In this document: positions 26,293-34,624 of the stretch, piece after piece | Position numbering within the stretch: position 1 is the stretch's first letter | Layout: each line of letters starts with the position of its first letter | Assembly: GCA_031409655.1 (NCBI GenBank) | Contig: JANNXQ010000062.1 | Location: forward strand, 1-34,624 | Direction: 5' to 3' | Length of the DNA stretch: 34,624 nucleotides | Source of the DNA: Chthoniobacteraceae bacterium | Lineage (GTDB): Bacteria > Verrucomicrobiota > Verrucomicrobiia > Chthoniobacterales > Chthoniobacteraceae | Translations under genes and position numbers: made by a program | The notes under the pieces: model-generated | Database searches by the model: none | What the model was told of the DNA's origin: nothing | The model's input: the letters and a program-made list of their open reading frames with translations, nothing else

Positions 26293-27699
26293 TCATTTCG
26301 TGCGCTCCTTCAGATAGCGTTCCGCCAGCGCCCTCCGGCTGATCTTGCCCCGTTCATTGACGGGAATCTCCGGGACGATCCAGACATCGCGCGGCACCTG
26401 CCAGGCGCTGAGCCTCTCGCGACACATCCGCAGCACCGCCTCTCTGGTGAGTCTGGCGCTGGCGACGCAAGCGATCGCCTCCTCCCCACGCGCTGCCGAC
26501 CGCACCCCGAAGACCACCGCCTCCAACTCCCCGGGGAACTCCGCGAACCGCGCCTCGATCTCGAGCGGATTGAGTTTGCGGCCCGCGATATTGATCACCT
26601 CCGAGACGCGGCCCGCGAGGTGCATGCCACCGTCCGTCTGCCGGATGAGATCGGCGGGGATAAAGCGCCCGCCGCCGAGCACGGCTCCGTCTTCCTCGGG
26701 AAAATAGCCATCGCCCACGGCGGCACTCTGGACCTCGATCGCCGCCCCATCCTCGCTCCCCCCGGTGATCGTGACGCCGCACATCGGCGTCCCGACAAAG
26801 CCCTCGAAGTAGTCGCCCTCGTCGGCTTCGTCGTAGGCGATGCCGCCACATTCGGAGGCACCGTAGAAAGTGTGGATACGGCGGGCAAATTTCGCGGTGA
26901 ACTTCTCGCCGACCGCTCGGGGCAATGGTGCGCCAGCCGAAATACAGAGCCGGAGCGCGGGCAGGGCGGGCACATTCTCCAGATCGGCCAGCTTGGCGAA
27001 AAACACCGGCATACCGGGAAAGACCGTGGCTCCGGAGCGCGCGAGACCAGCGAGAATCGCGCGCGGCATGCAGTCTCCACTCGCGACGAGCGCCACGCCG
27101 CGGCAGAGCAGGGGAGTGAGCAGATTGCTGAAGCCGTAGCTGTGCGAAAAGGGGATCACGCCGTAGTTCCGATCGCGCTCCGTGATCCCCATGGTCGCGC
27201 AGATGGCTTCGCAGTCGGCCACGAGTTGTGCGGCGCGAAAGCGGACGGCCCGTGGTGCGTTCGTCGTGCCCGAGGTCAGCTTGAGGAAATGCGGCGCGGG
27301 ATTTGGCCAGCCTGGCTCGGCGTCAGCGCCCGGGAGTCCTTGCAACGCGAGACCATGGCGGTCGGTCGTCACGAGCGCCGTCGCGCGGCACGTCTTCACG
27401 GCCAGATCCAATTCCACCTCCTGCATGTGTCCGCCGAGGGGGAGCGGGATCAGGGCGCGGCGAAACAGCGCGAGCAGCAGCGCCGGCCAGCGTTCGCTAT
27501 TTCCGATTTGCACCGCCACCACCTGGCCTGGCGCCAGACCGGTCAGGGATTCCTCCGTCTGGCGCGCCTCGGCTTCGATGTCGTTGAAAGTACGCAGCAC
27601 GGACCCATCCGGTCCGAAGATCGCCGCGCGGGCCGCATTGCGCGCCAGCGTTTCCGACCACGCGACGAGGATGCCATTTGCCAACGCCGGCTCCGTCAC
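26293..27699 (-). CDS. Class I adenylate-forming enzyme (acyl-CoA ligase-like)
   Basis: TSGTTNAPR, PFSHSYG, FYGASE, GRVSEVINIAG, P.NERGKISR. Confidence 0.85.
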   Translation of the reverse strand: MTEPALANGILVAWSETLARNAARAAIFGPDGSVLRTFNDIEAEARQTEESLTGLAPGQVVAVQIGNSERWPALLLALFRRALIPLPLGGHMQEVELDLAVKTCRATALVTTDRHGLALQGLPGADAEPGWPNPAPHFLKLTSGTTNAPRAVRFRAAQLVADCEAICATMGITERDRNYGVIPFSHSYGFSNLLTPLLCRGVALVASGDCMPRAILAGLARSGATVFPGMPVFFAKLADLENVPALPALRLCISAGAPLPRAVGEKFTAKFARRIHTFYGASECGGIAYDEADEGDYFEGFVGTPMCGVTITGGSEDGAAIEVQSAAVGDGYFPEEDGAVLGGGRFIPADLIRQTDGGMHLAGRVSEVINIAGRKLNPLEIEARFAEFPGELEAVVFGVRSAARGEEAIACVASARLTREAVLRMCRERLSAWQVPRDVWIVPEIPVNERGKISRRALAERYLKERTK

Positions 27700-27769
27700 G
27701 GAAGAAACTGGGAGTTTTTGATTGCGGGGCGAAACACGGTGGCTAGTCTCCTACCTCCTTTTCCCAGCC

Positions 27770-27991
27770 ATGAAAGCCGATATTCATCCCAACTATAAAG
27801 AGTCCGCCATCCACTGCGCGTGTGGTGCCGTTTATCACACCCGCTCGACGAAGCAGGACCTCCGCATCGGCATCTGCGCCGCCTGCCATCCCTTCTTCAC
27901 TGGTGAGCATAAGTTCGTCGATACTGCCGGACGGATCGAGAAATTCTCCCGCCGTTACGCAAACGCGCCGACCCGCAAAAAGTCCGCCTAG
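27770..27991 (+). CDS. rpmE: 50S ribosomal protein L31 (Zn-binding type)
   Basis: [32 protein letters not shown]. Confidence 0.97.
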   Translation: MKADIHPNYKESAIHCACGAVYHTRSTKQDLRIGICAACHPFFTGEHKFVDTAGRIEKFSRRYANAPTRKKSA

Positions 27992-28011
27992 CTCCCAGAA
28001 ACGAATTCCCG

Positions 28012-28054
28012 AAACGGTGAAGGTGCCTCGCGCATCTTCACCGTTTTGTTTTTT
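28012..28054 (+). terminator. Intrinsic terminator after rpmE
   Basis: AAACGGTGAAGGTGC / GCATCTTCACCGTTT stem (one G-U pair), then TGTTTTTT. Confidence 0.8.
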
Positions 28055-28080
28055 CCCCGCCCTTCCACCGCTCCGCTCTC

Positions 28081-29160
28081 ATGGACTTTTCCCAACTTAT
28101 CGCCCGTAAAACCGATCGCTTCCGCGAACTGGACGCCATCGTCTCGTCGGCCGGCCTTTACGATGACCCGAAGAAAGCGCGGGAGACGCTGCGGGAACAT
28201 ACCCGGCTGAAAGAGCTGCTCGCCCAGTGGGACGCGCTGCACAAAGCCGAGCGCGATCTCGCAGAAAATCGCGATCTCGCGAAGGGCGACGACGCCGAGT
28301 TCGCCGAGATGGCCCAGGCGGAAATCCCTGCGCTCGAAAAGCGCATCGCCGAAACGCAGCAAGCCGTGCAATACGCCCTGCTCCCGCCGGACCCGAACGA
28401 AGATCGCGACGCCATCGTCGAGCTTCGCGCTGGCACCGGGGGCGACGAAGCCGGGCTTTTCGCCGCCGATCTCTACCGGATGTACCTGCGTTTCGCGGAA
28501 GCGAACGGCTTCAAAGTCGAGACCCTGGAATCCAGCCCCTCCGGTCTCGGTGGCCTGAAGGAAATGATCTTCAAGGTCACGGGCGACCAGGTCTTCCGCA
28601 CCCTGCGTTACGAGAGTGGCGTGCATCGCGTCCAGCGCGTCCCGGCTACGGAAGCGCAAGGCCGCATTCACACCAGCGCCGCGACCGTCGCCGTGTTGCC
28701 TGAAGCCGAGGAAGTGGATCTGGTGCTGAATCCCGACGAGATCCGCATCGAAGTCTGCCGCGCGGGCGGCCCCGGCGGCCAAGGCGTGAATACCACCGAC
28801 TCCGCCGTGCAGGTCATGCATATCCCAACGGGCATGATCGTCCGCTGCCAGGACGGCCGCAGCCAGCAGAAGAACAAAGAGAAGGCCTTGAAAATCCTGC
28901 GCTCCCGTCTGCTGGAAAAAAAGCAGCGCGAGGAAGCCGAGAAATATGCCGCGCATCGCAAGAGCCAGATCGGTTCCGGTGATCGCAGCGAAAAGATCCG
29001 CACTTATAACTTCCCGCAAAACCGCGTCACCGATCACCGCATCAATCTGACCCTCTACAACCTCGACACCTTCATCGGTGGTAACATCGGCGAAATGATC
29101 CAGGCCCTACAGGCCGCCGACATGGCCGAACGCCTCGCCGAAGCGAGCCAGGAGGCGTGA
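28081..29160 (+). CDS. prfA: Peptide chain release factor 1
   Basis: GTGGDEA, ESGVHRVQRVPATE (PxT motif), GGQ, RSEKIRTYNFPQ. Confidence 0.97.
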   Translation: MDFSQLIARKTDRFRELDAIVSSAGLYDDPKKARETLREHTRLKELLAQWDALHKAERDLAENRDLAKGDDAEFAEMAQAEIPALEKRIAETQQAVQYALLPPDPNEDRDAIVELRAGTGGDEAGLFAADLYRMYLRFAEANGFKVETLESSPSGLGGLKEMIFKVTGDQVFRTLRYESGVHRVQRVPATEAQGRIHTSAATVAVLPEAEEVDLVLNPDEIRIEVCRAGGPGGQGVNTTDSAVQVMHIPTGMIVRCQDGRSQQKNKEKALKILRSRLLEKKQREEAEKYAAHRKSQIGSGDRSEKIRTYNFPQNRVTDHRINLTLYNLDTFIGGNIGEMIQALQAADMAERLAEASQEA

Positions 29161-29166
29161 TTTGAT

Positions 29167-29228
29167 CAAGGAGCAGGGGCGCCCTCGCTCCCAGTAGCAA
29201 CTCGGGGCGAGGGCGCCCCTACTCCTTG
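29167..29228. repeat. REP-like palindrome between convergent prfA and mqnA (probable bidirectional terminator)
   Basis: 25-bp arms, 23/25 complementary; second copy at 34539-34591. Confidence 0.85.
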
Positions 29229-30011
29229 CTAGACAAATTCCGGCAGTGATCGTCCGAGTGGCGCGAAGTTATGCTTCGCGAGGAGTTCGGCGAACCTTGA
29301 GAGCCCTGCCTTTTCCCGCTCGCCGAGATCGTAGCGGATATGCTCGCGGAGGTAGCGTTCGCAGAGCTTGGTCGGGAGCGCCTTTTCTTCTGTGACGATC
29401 TCGGGGATTGCGGACACGCCTGCGGTCTTGAGGTGGCGGAAGGCTTCGGCCACGGCGGGAGCGTTGGGGAGGTCCGGACGCAGCGCCCAGACGGCAAAGA
29501 CGAAAGGGAGACCGGTGCAGCGTTGCCATTCTGCGCCGAGATCCAGCAATTGATGGCTCTCGGTGTCCGCGAGGCGGAAGTCGATGGCTTGGTTGCCGAT
29601 CAGGAGTTGCGCATCCGCTCCGGCGGAACACTTGCGCGCGTCGATGCACTCGGGGTGGAGGTGGTGGAACTCTGCGAGCAGCACTTGCAAGAGGTGCGCA
29701 GAGGTCAGCGAGGCGGGATCGAGCGCGATGGTGCGCACTTCCGCGAGCGGCCCACGGTGGGCGAGGAAGACGCTGAAGACCGGCCCATCGCTGGCGATCG
29801 CCACGCCGTCGGCAACGAGGTAGCGCGGGCCGCGCAGCACTTCAAAAACTGGCACGAGCGCGGCGTCGAGTGCGCCCGTAGCGAGACCGCGCGCGAGGCC
29901 CGAGGGATGATCGAACTGCACCGGCCCTGCGTAGTCGTGGATGAGCGGCTTTGAGTTCAGGTACTGCACACAGCCGATGCGCAGTCCGGCCAGCGCCGGG
30001 TAGCGCGTCAC
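29229..30011 (-). CDS. mqnA: Chorismate dehydratase (futalosine pathway)
   Basis: RIGCVQYLNSKPL, IASDGPVFSV, SLTS, DLGAEW...TGLPFVFAVW; GTG start overlapping the mqnE stop. Confidence 0.9.
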   Translation of the reverse strand: MTRYPALAGLRIGCVQYLNSKPLIHDYAGPVQFDHPSGLARGLATGALDAALVPVFEVLRGPRYLVADGVAIASDGPVFSVFLAHRGPLAEVRTIALDPASLTSAHLLQVLLAEFHHLHPECIDARKCSAGADAQLLIGNQAIDFRLADTESHQLLDLGAEWQRCTGLPFVFAVWALRPDLPNAPAVAEAFRHLKTAGVSAIPEIVTEEKALPTKLCERYLREHIRYDLGEREKAGLSRFAELLAKHNFAPLGRSLPEFV

Positions 30012-31150
30012 GCCGTGGCCAGCGCCACTGGCTGGCTCGGTGGTGCGGGCTGGCGCCAGGTGGGCGGCATGCGCCGATACCAGGTGTCCCGCTGCATCGG
30101 TTCGCGCCCCGCTTCGCGGATCGCTTTTTCCAAGGTCGCGCAGCTCTGATGTTGCGGGGTGGTGGCGCCCGCCATGTGAAAAATTTTCTCCTCCATGATC
30201 GTCCCATGCAGATCGTCCACGCCGTAGTTCAGCGCCTGCTGCGCGAGCGGCAGGCCGAGACTCACCCAATAGGCGGTGATGTGGTCAAAGTTATCGAGAT
30301 AGATGCGCGACACCGCGAGGTTCCGGAGTTCCTCAAAAGCGGTGGCCTTGCGGATCCCTTGGAGCACGGGCCGCGCGCCGTCGGGCTCGAAGGCGAACGG
30401 AATAAACGCGGTGAAACCGTGCGTCTGATCCTGCAACTCGCGAAGCCGCCGCAGGTGATCCACCCGATGCGCGTGGGTCTCGATATGGCCAAAGAGCATC
30501 GTCGCCGTGCTCCGCATTCCCAACTCGTGCCAGATGCGATGGACCTCGGCCCATTCCTCCGTACTCTCTTTTCCGCGACAAATTTTCTCCCGGATTTCCG
30601 CGTCGAAGATCTCCGCGCCGCCCCCCGTGATGGCGCCCAGCCCGGCCTCCCGCAGTGCTTCCAGCGTTGCGCGCAGCGGGCGCTTGAAGACCCGCTCCGC
30701 GAGGTGCCGGATCTCCACGGCGGTGAAGGCCTTCACGAAATAGTCCGGGTCGAGCGCCCGGAGGTGGCGGATGAGTTCGAGATACCACTCGGCTGGCAAG
30801 GTCGGATGCAGACCGCCGACCATGTGGATCTCGGTGACCCCGAGCGCCAGCCCAGCGCGCGCCTTTTCCACGATCTCGTCGATGGTCAGCTCAAAGGCGT
30901 GCGCTTCGTGCTTCCGTGCCCCGAAGGCGCAGAACTGGCACTGGAGGATGCAGATGTTCGAATGGTTGATGTACTGATTGTGGATGTAGGTCGCGACGTT
31001 CCCGTTCTTCCGCTCGCGCACCACATTCGCAATGGCTCCGAGCGCGTTCAGATCCTTCGTCGCGTAGAGTGCGAGGGCATCAGCATCCGTGATCCGCTCG
31101 CCAGCCGTTACCTTTTCCAAAATGGAACGCAGGGGCGGTGGGACGAGCAT
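30008..31150 (-). CDS. mqnE: Aminofutalosine synthase (radical SAM)
   Basis: CILQCQFC, EIHMVGGLHP, KAFTAVEI, GGGAEIF, TATMLFGHIE, EEKIFHMAGA. Start could be 31162. Confidence 0.85.
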   Translation of the reverse strand: MLVPPPLRSILEKVTAGERITDADALALYATKDLNALGAIANVVRERKNGNVATYIHNQYINHSNICILQCQFCAFGARKHEAHAFELTIDEIVEKARAGLALGVTEIHMVGGLHPTLPAEWYLELIRHLRALDPDYFVKAFTAVEIRHLAERVFKRPLRATLEALREAGLGAITGGGAEIFDAEIREKICRGKESTEEWAEVHRIWHELGMRSTATMLFGHIETHAHRVDHLRRLRELQDQTHGFTAFIPFAFEPDGARPVLQGIRKATAFEELRNLAVSRIYLDNFDHITAYWVSLGLPLAQQALNYGVDDLHGTIMEEKIFHMAGATTPQHQSCATLEKAIREAGREPMQRDTWYRRMPPTWRQPAPPSQPVALATA

Positions 31151-31265
31151 GGCGGTGATCATGAAGTAAGGACGAATGCAACTGACACCTAGGATACGTC
31201 TCCCTGAGTGGCAAGGCTGCCGCGATCTCGCTTTCGGTCCCGCGGCGCCCGGTCTAAGGTGCCGC

Positions 31266-32375
31266 ATGATCATCGGCGTCCCCAAAGAAATCAAAGCCCA
31301 GGAACACCGCGTCGGCCTGCTCCCATCCGGCGCGTATCAACTCATCCGCCGCGGCCACCGTGTCCTCATCGAGCAGGGCGCCGGAGCGGGCTCAGGCTAT
31401 CCGGACGAAGAGTACACCAAGGCCGGAGCCGAGCTCGTCGCGGAACACGCCGCGGTCTTCGGCCAGGCGGAGATGATCGTGAAAGTGAAGGAGCCGCTCC
31501 CCGAGGAGTACCCGCTGCTCCGCGCCGGGCAGATCCTTTTCACCTACCTGCATCTCGCCGCGAGCCGACCGCTCACCGAGGCCATCGCCAAATCCCGCGC
31601 CGTCGGCATCGCCTACGAAACGCTCGAAGTGAATCGCCGCCTCCCGCTCCTCGAGCCGATGAGCGAAATCGCGGGCCGCATGTCCGTGATCGTCGGCGGT
31701 TACTTTCTCGCCAAACACTGCGGTGGCAAAGGCGTGCTTCTGGGCGGCGTCCCGGGCGTCCTGCCGGGGAAAGTGGTCGTCATCGGTGGTGGCACCGCCG
31801 GCGTGAATGCCGCGCGCATGGCCACCGGCCTTGGCGCGGACGTCACCATTCTCGAAGTCGATGTCGAGCGGATGCGCTTCCTCGATATGTCGATGCACAG
31901 CACCCACACCCTGTATTCAAATCAGGCGAACTTGCTGGAGCTAATGGGGACTGTCGATCTCCTCATCGGCGCCGTGCTCGTACCCGGCGCGCGCGCACCG
32001 AAGCTCATCACCCGCGACATGCTGAAGGTGATGAAGCCCGGCAGCGTCCTCGTGGACATCGCCGTGGACCAGGGCGGCTGCGTCGAAACGACGCGCCCCA
32101 CCACCCACCACGATCCCACCTACGTCGAGGAAGGTGTCATCCACTATTGCGTCGCGAATATGCCGGCCGCCTACTCCCGCACCGCCACGCAGGCCCTGAC
32201 CAATGTGACTTATCGGTACGTGGAAATGCTGGCCGACCACGGCGTCGCCGGCGCTTTCCTGCGCGACGCCAATCTCCGCTCCGGCCTGAATCTCTACGAC
32301 GGCCATGTCACCTGCCGCGGCGTTGCCGATGCCCACGGCATGGAATACCGCGAGCCTTCGACGCTGGCTTTCTGA
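31266..32375 (+). CDS. ald: Alanine dehydrogenase
   Basis: [40 protein letters not shown]. Confidence 0.95.
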   Translation: MIIGVPKEIKAQEHRVGLLPSGAYQLIRRGHRVLIEQGAGAGSGYPDEEYTKAGAELVAEHAAVFGQAEMIVKVKEPLPEEYPLLRAGQILFTYLHLAASRPLTEAIAKSRAVGIAYETLEVNRRLPLLEPMSEIAGRMSVIVGGYFLAKHCGGKGVLLGGVPGVLPGKVVVIGGGTAGVNAARMATGLGADVTILEVDVERMRFLDMSMHSTHTLYSNQANLLELMGTVDLLIGAVLVPGARAPKLITRDMLKVMKPGSVLVDIAVDQGGCVETTRPTTHHDPTYVEEGVIHYCVANMPAAYSRTATQALTNVTYRYVEMLADHGVAGAFLRDANLRSGLNLYDGHVTCRGVADAHGMEYREPSTLAF

Positions 32376-32456
32376 TCCCCGAGGCCCGCTGGGCGCTCTC
32401 CCGAGGGGGGCTTTTCGGTTCTCAGGATCGGAGAAGATCCGGATGAGCGGCTGGCC

Positions 32457-34406
32457 TTACGGCGACTCCTGATTCGTCCCAATGGCGCGGCCGTTGCCGA
32501 ACTGCAGGTAAGTGTAACCCTTGAGCGCGCGCTCGTAGCTATTGAGCAGGCGGATGGCTTCATTGGGCTTGAGCCGGTCGCTTTTGATCGCGGCATCGAC
32601 CTGGGCTTTCACCTGGCCCGTCAGGTCGCTGTCGCCCCATTGGGTGAGCCGCAGGACTTCGCCGATGGTGCTGCCGGCGATCGTTTCCTCAATGTACCAA
32701 CCGCTCTCTTCGTCGTCGTCGAGGAAGACGTGCGCTTCATTCACGCGGCCGAAAAGATTGTGCAGATCGCCCATGATGTCCTGGTAGGCGCCGATGAGGA
32801 ACATGCCGATGAGGTAAGGTTCGCCGGGCTTTAACTTATGCAGGGGCAGGGTGTCCTTCACGTCCTGAAGGTCGATGAATTTGCTCATCTTGCCGTCGCT
32901 GTCGCAGGTGATATCGACGAGGGTGCCCTGGCGTTCGGGGTATTCGGTGAGGCGGTGGATGGGCATCACGGGGAAGAGCTGGCCGAGCGCCCAGTGGTCG
33001 AGCAGGGATTGGAAGACGGAGAAGTTGCAGACGTATTGATCGGCGAGGGCGACTTCGAGTTGCTTCACTTCCTCGGGGACGTACTTCATGCCGTCGCAGA
33101 ATTTCACGACCTTGTGCGCGATCTGCCAATAGACGGTCTCGATCTTCGCCTTGCTCTCGAGTTCCAGCAGGCCGAGGTCAAACATGGATTGCGCCTGTTC
33201 CTTGATCTGCTGCGCATCGTGCAGCGATTCCATGCGGTTCTGCGGGGCGAGGCCGCTGAGGATTTCGAGAATGTCGGCGAGCAGTTTCGGGTCGGACTCG
33301 CGCGGCTCGACGGCGATGCGCGCGGTATCCTTTTCGATGGAACCGAATGCTTCCACGACGAGCACGGAATGATGCGCGACGATGGCGCGGCCGCTCTCGC
33401 TGACGATGGCGGGGTGCGGGACCTTCTCCGCGTCGCACACGTCCATGACGTTGTAGATAATGTCGCGGGCGTACTCGTTGAGGGAGTAGTTCGTGGAGCT
33501 GTCGAAGGCGGTGCGCGAGCCGTCGTAATCGACGCCCAATCCGCCGCCGACGTCGAGGTAGCCGAGTTCGTGGCCCATCTTCACGAGCTTTGCGTAAAAG
33601 CGCGCGGCTTCGCGCACCGCGCGTTTGATGGTGCCGATGTCGGGCACCTGCGAGCCGACGTGGAAGTGCACGAGCTTCAGGGTATGCGCGAGGCCTTCGC
33701 GTTTCAGGATGTCGCTCGCGGCCACGAGGTCCGCGGTGCTGAGGCCGAATTTCGCATTCTCGCCGCCGCTCAGCGCCCACTTGCCCGCGCCTTTCGCGGC
33801 GAGGCGCACGCGGATGCCGATCATCGGCTCGACGCCCACTTCCTTGGACACACGCAGGATCTCCGCGAGTTCCTCCAGCTTCTCCACGACCATGATGACT
33901 TTCTTCCCGAGCTTGCGGCCGAGCAGCGCATTCTGGATGAAGAGCGAATCCTTGTAGCCATTGCAGATGATCAGCGACTCGGGATCTTTGTGAATGGCGA
34001 GCGCGGCGAGCAGTTCCGGTTTGCTGCCCGCTTCGATCCCGAAGTTGTACGGTTCGCCCGCGGCCATGATCTCTTCCACGACTTCGCGGAGCTGATTCAC
34101 TTTGATCGGGAAGACGCCGCGATAGACATTCTTGTAGTCGGCCTCGGCGATCGCTTCGCCAAAAGCTTTATTGATCCGCACGACGCGGTGATGCAGCAGG
34201 TCCTGAAAGCGCAGCACCATGGGAAAACCGAGCCCGTACTCGCTCCGCGCTTCGGCGATCAGTTCCATCATGTCGATGGCTTTGAGCGGGTCTGCAGTCG
34301 GCGTGACGGAGATGTTTCCCCGTTCATTGATCGTGAAATATCCGAGACCCCAACGATCGATATTGTAGAGAGAGATGGCGGAGGGAATATCCCAGTTTTG
34401 CTGCAT
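32457..34406 (-). CDS. speA: Biosynthetic arginine decarboxylase
   Basis: FPIKVNQ, EAGSKPE, HFHVGSQ, DVGGGLG, ESGRA, DITCDSDG, GAYQDIMGDLHNLFG. Confidence 0.96.
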   Translation of the reverse strand: MQQNWDIPSAISLYNIDRWGLGYFTINERGNISVTPTADPLKAIDMMELIAEARSEYGLGFPMVLRFQDLLHHRVVRINKAFGEAIAEADYKNVYRGVFPIKVNQLREVVEEIMAAGEPYNFGIEAGSKPELLAALAIHKDPESLIICNGYKDSLFIQNALLGRKLGKKVIMVVEKLEELAEILRVSKEVGVEPMIGIRVRLAAKGAGKWALSGGENAKFGLSTADLVAASDILKREGLAHTLKLVHFHVGSQVPDIGTIKRAVREAARFYAKLVKMGHELGYLDVGGGLGVDYDGSRTAFDSSTNYSLNEYARDIIYNVMDVCDAEKVPHPAIVSESGRAIVAHHSVLVVEAFGSIEKDTARIAVEPRESDPKLLADILEILSGLAPQNRMESLHDAQQIKEQAQSMFDLGLLELESKAKIETVYWQIAHKVVKFCDGMKYVPEEVKQLEVALADQYVCNFSVFQSLLDHWALGQLFPVMPIHRLTEYPERQGTLVDITCDSDGKMSKFIDLQDVKDTLPLHKLKPGEPYLIGMFLIGAYQDIMGDLHNLFGRVNEAHVFLDDDEESGWYIEETIAGSTIGEVLRLTQWGDSDLTGQVKAQVDAAIKSDRLKPNEAIRLLNSYERALKGYTYLQFGNGRAIGTNQESP

Positions 34407-34538
34407 GGCGCGTGCGATAGGGGAATCGACTCGCGAAAGCAACGAGCAGTTCAGGAAAACTTCGCGCCGTGAGTCCTTGGAGGGCGATCGCTCCGGGGGC
34501 CCTGGCCGTGTTTGTAAATCTAGGCCGGGCGGCGCTGG

Positions 34539-34591
34539 CAAGGAGCAGGGGCGCCCACGCCCCCAGGCACAACAACGGGCGAGGGCGCCCC
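34539..34591. repeat. Second copy of the REP-like palindrome seen at 29167
   Basis: CAAGGAGCAGGGGCGCCCACGCCCCCAG matches the first copy at 26/28, followed by GGGCGAGGGCGCCCC. Confidence 0.8.
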
Positions 34592-34624
34592 AGCGCCGTG
34601 GGGGTGGGTCGGAACATCGTTTAC

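Noticed and set aside
31163..31265. c-di-GMP-I riboswitch suggested by CCGGTCTAAGG upstream of ald
   Set aside because: The GGCAAAC/GAAA/GACGCAAAGC elements are missing; more likely a promoter region
1..34624. CRISPR array, tRNA/rRNA, prophage
   Set aside because: No regularly spaced repeat-spacer units, cloverleaf-like sequences or phage genes were seen by eye

Overview
High-GC bacterial chromosome window. Gene content and protein style suggest Verrucomicrobiota (Chthoniobacter-like); this is an inference. Most of it is housekeeping or metabolic: thrC, lipB, ruvC, split larC, hisA, rpmE, prfA, mqnA/mqnE, ald, speA, an APC-USP transporter, an FMN reductase, an acyl-CoA ligase and a ThuA-like protein. 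Two accessory blocks stand out. (1) At 1817-5007 is a restriction-modification relic region: a Type ISP C-terminal fragment with an in-frame palindrome insertion, a Type III Res C-terminal fragment, and a degenerate IS630 joining two truncated genes. (2) At 9930-18422 is an intact four-gene operon: FHA+GYF-like+Zn-finger+TRAFAC GTPase, a GAP1-N2-like bitopic membrane protein, a 1011-aa bitopic helical protein, and a GYF+DUF4190-like membrane protein. It looks like a membrane-spanning, GYF-containing variant of the GTPase-centred conflict/membrane-remodelling systems and is the best candidate for a poorly characterised system. At least four distinct short palindromic or tandem repeat types occur, two of them inside coding sequence. 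All family assignments come from motif recognition by eye; no searches were run.
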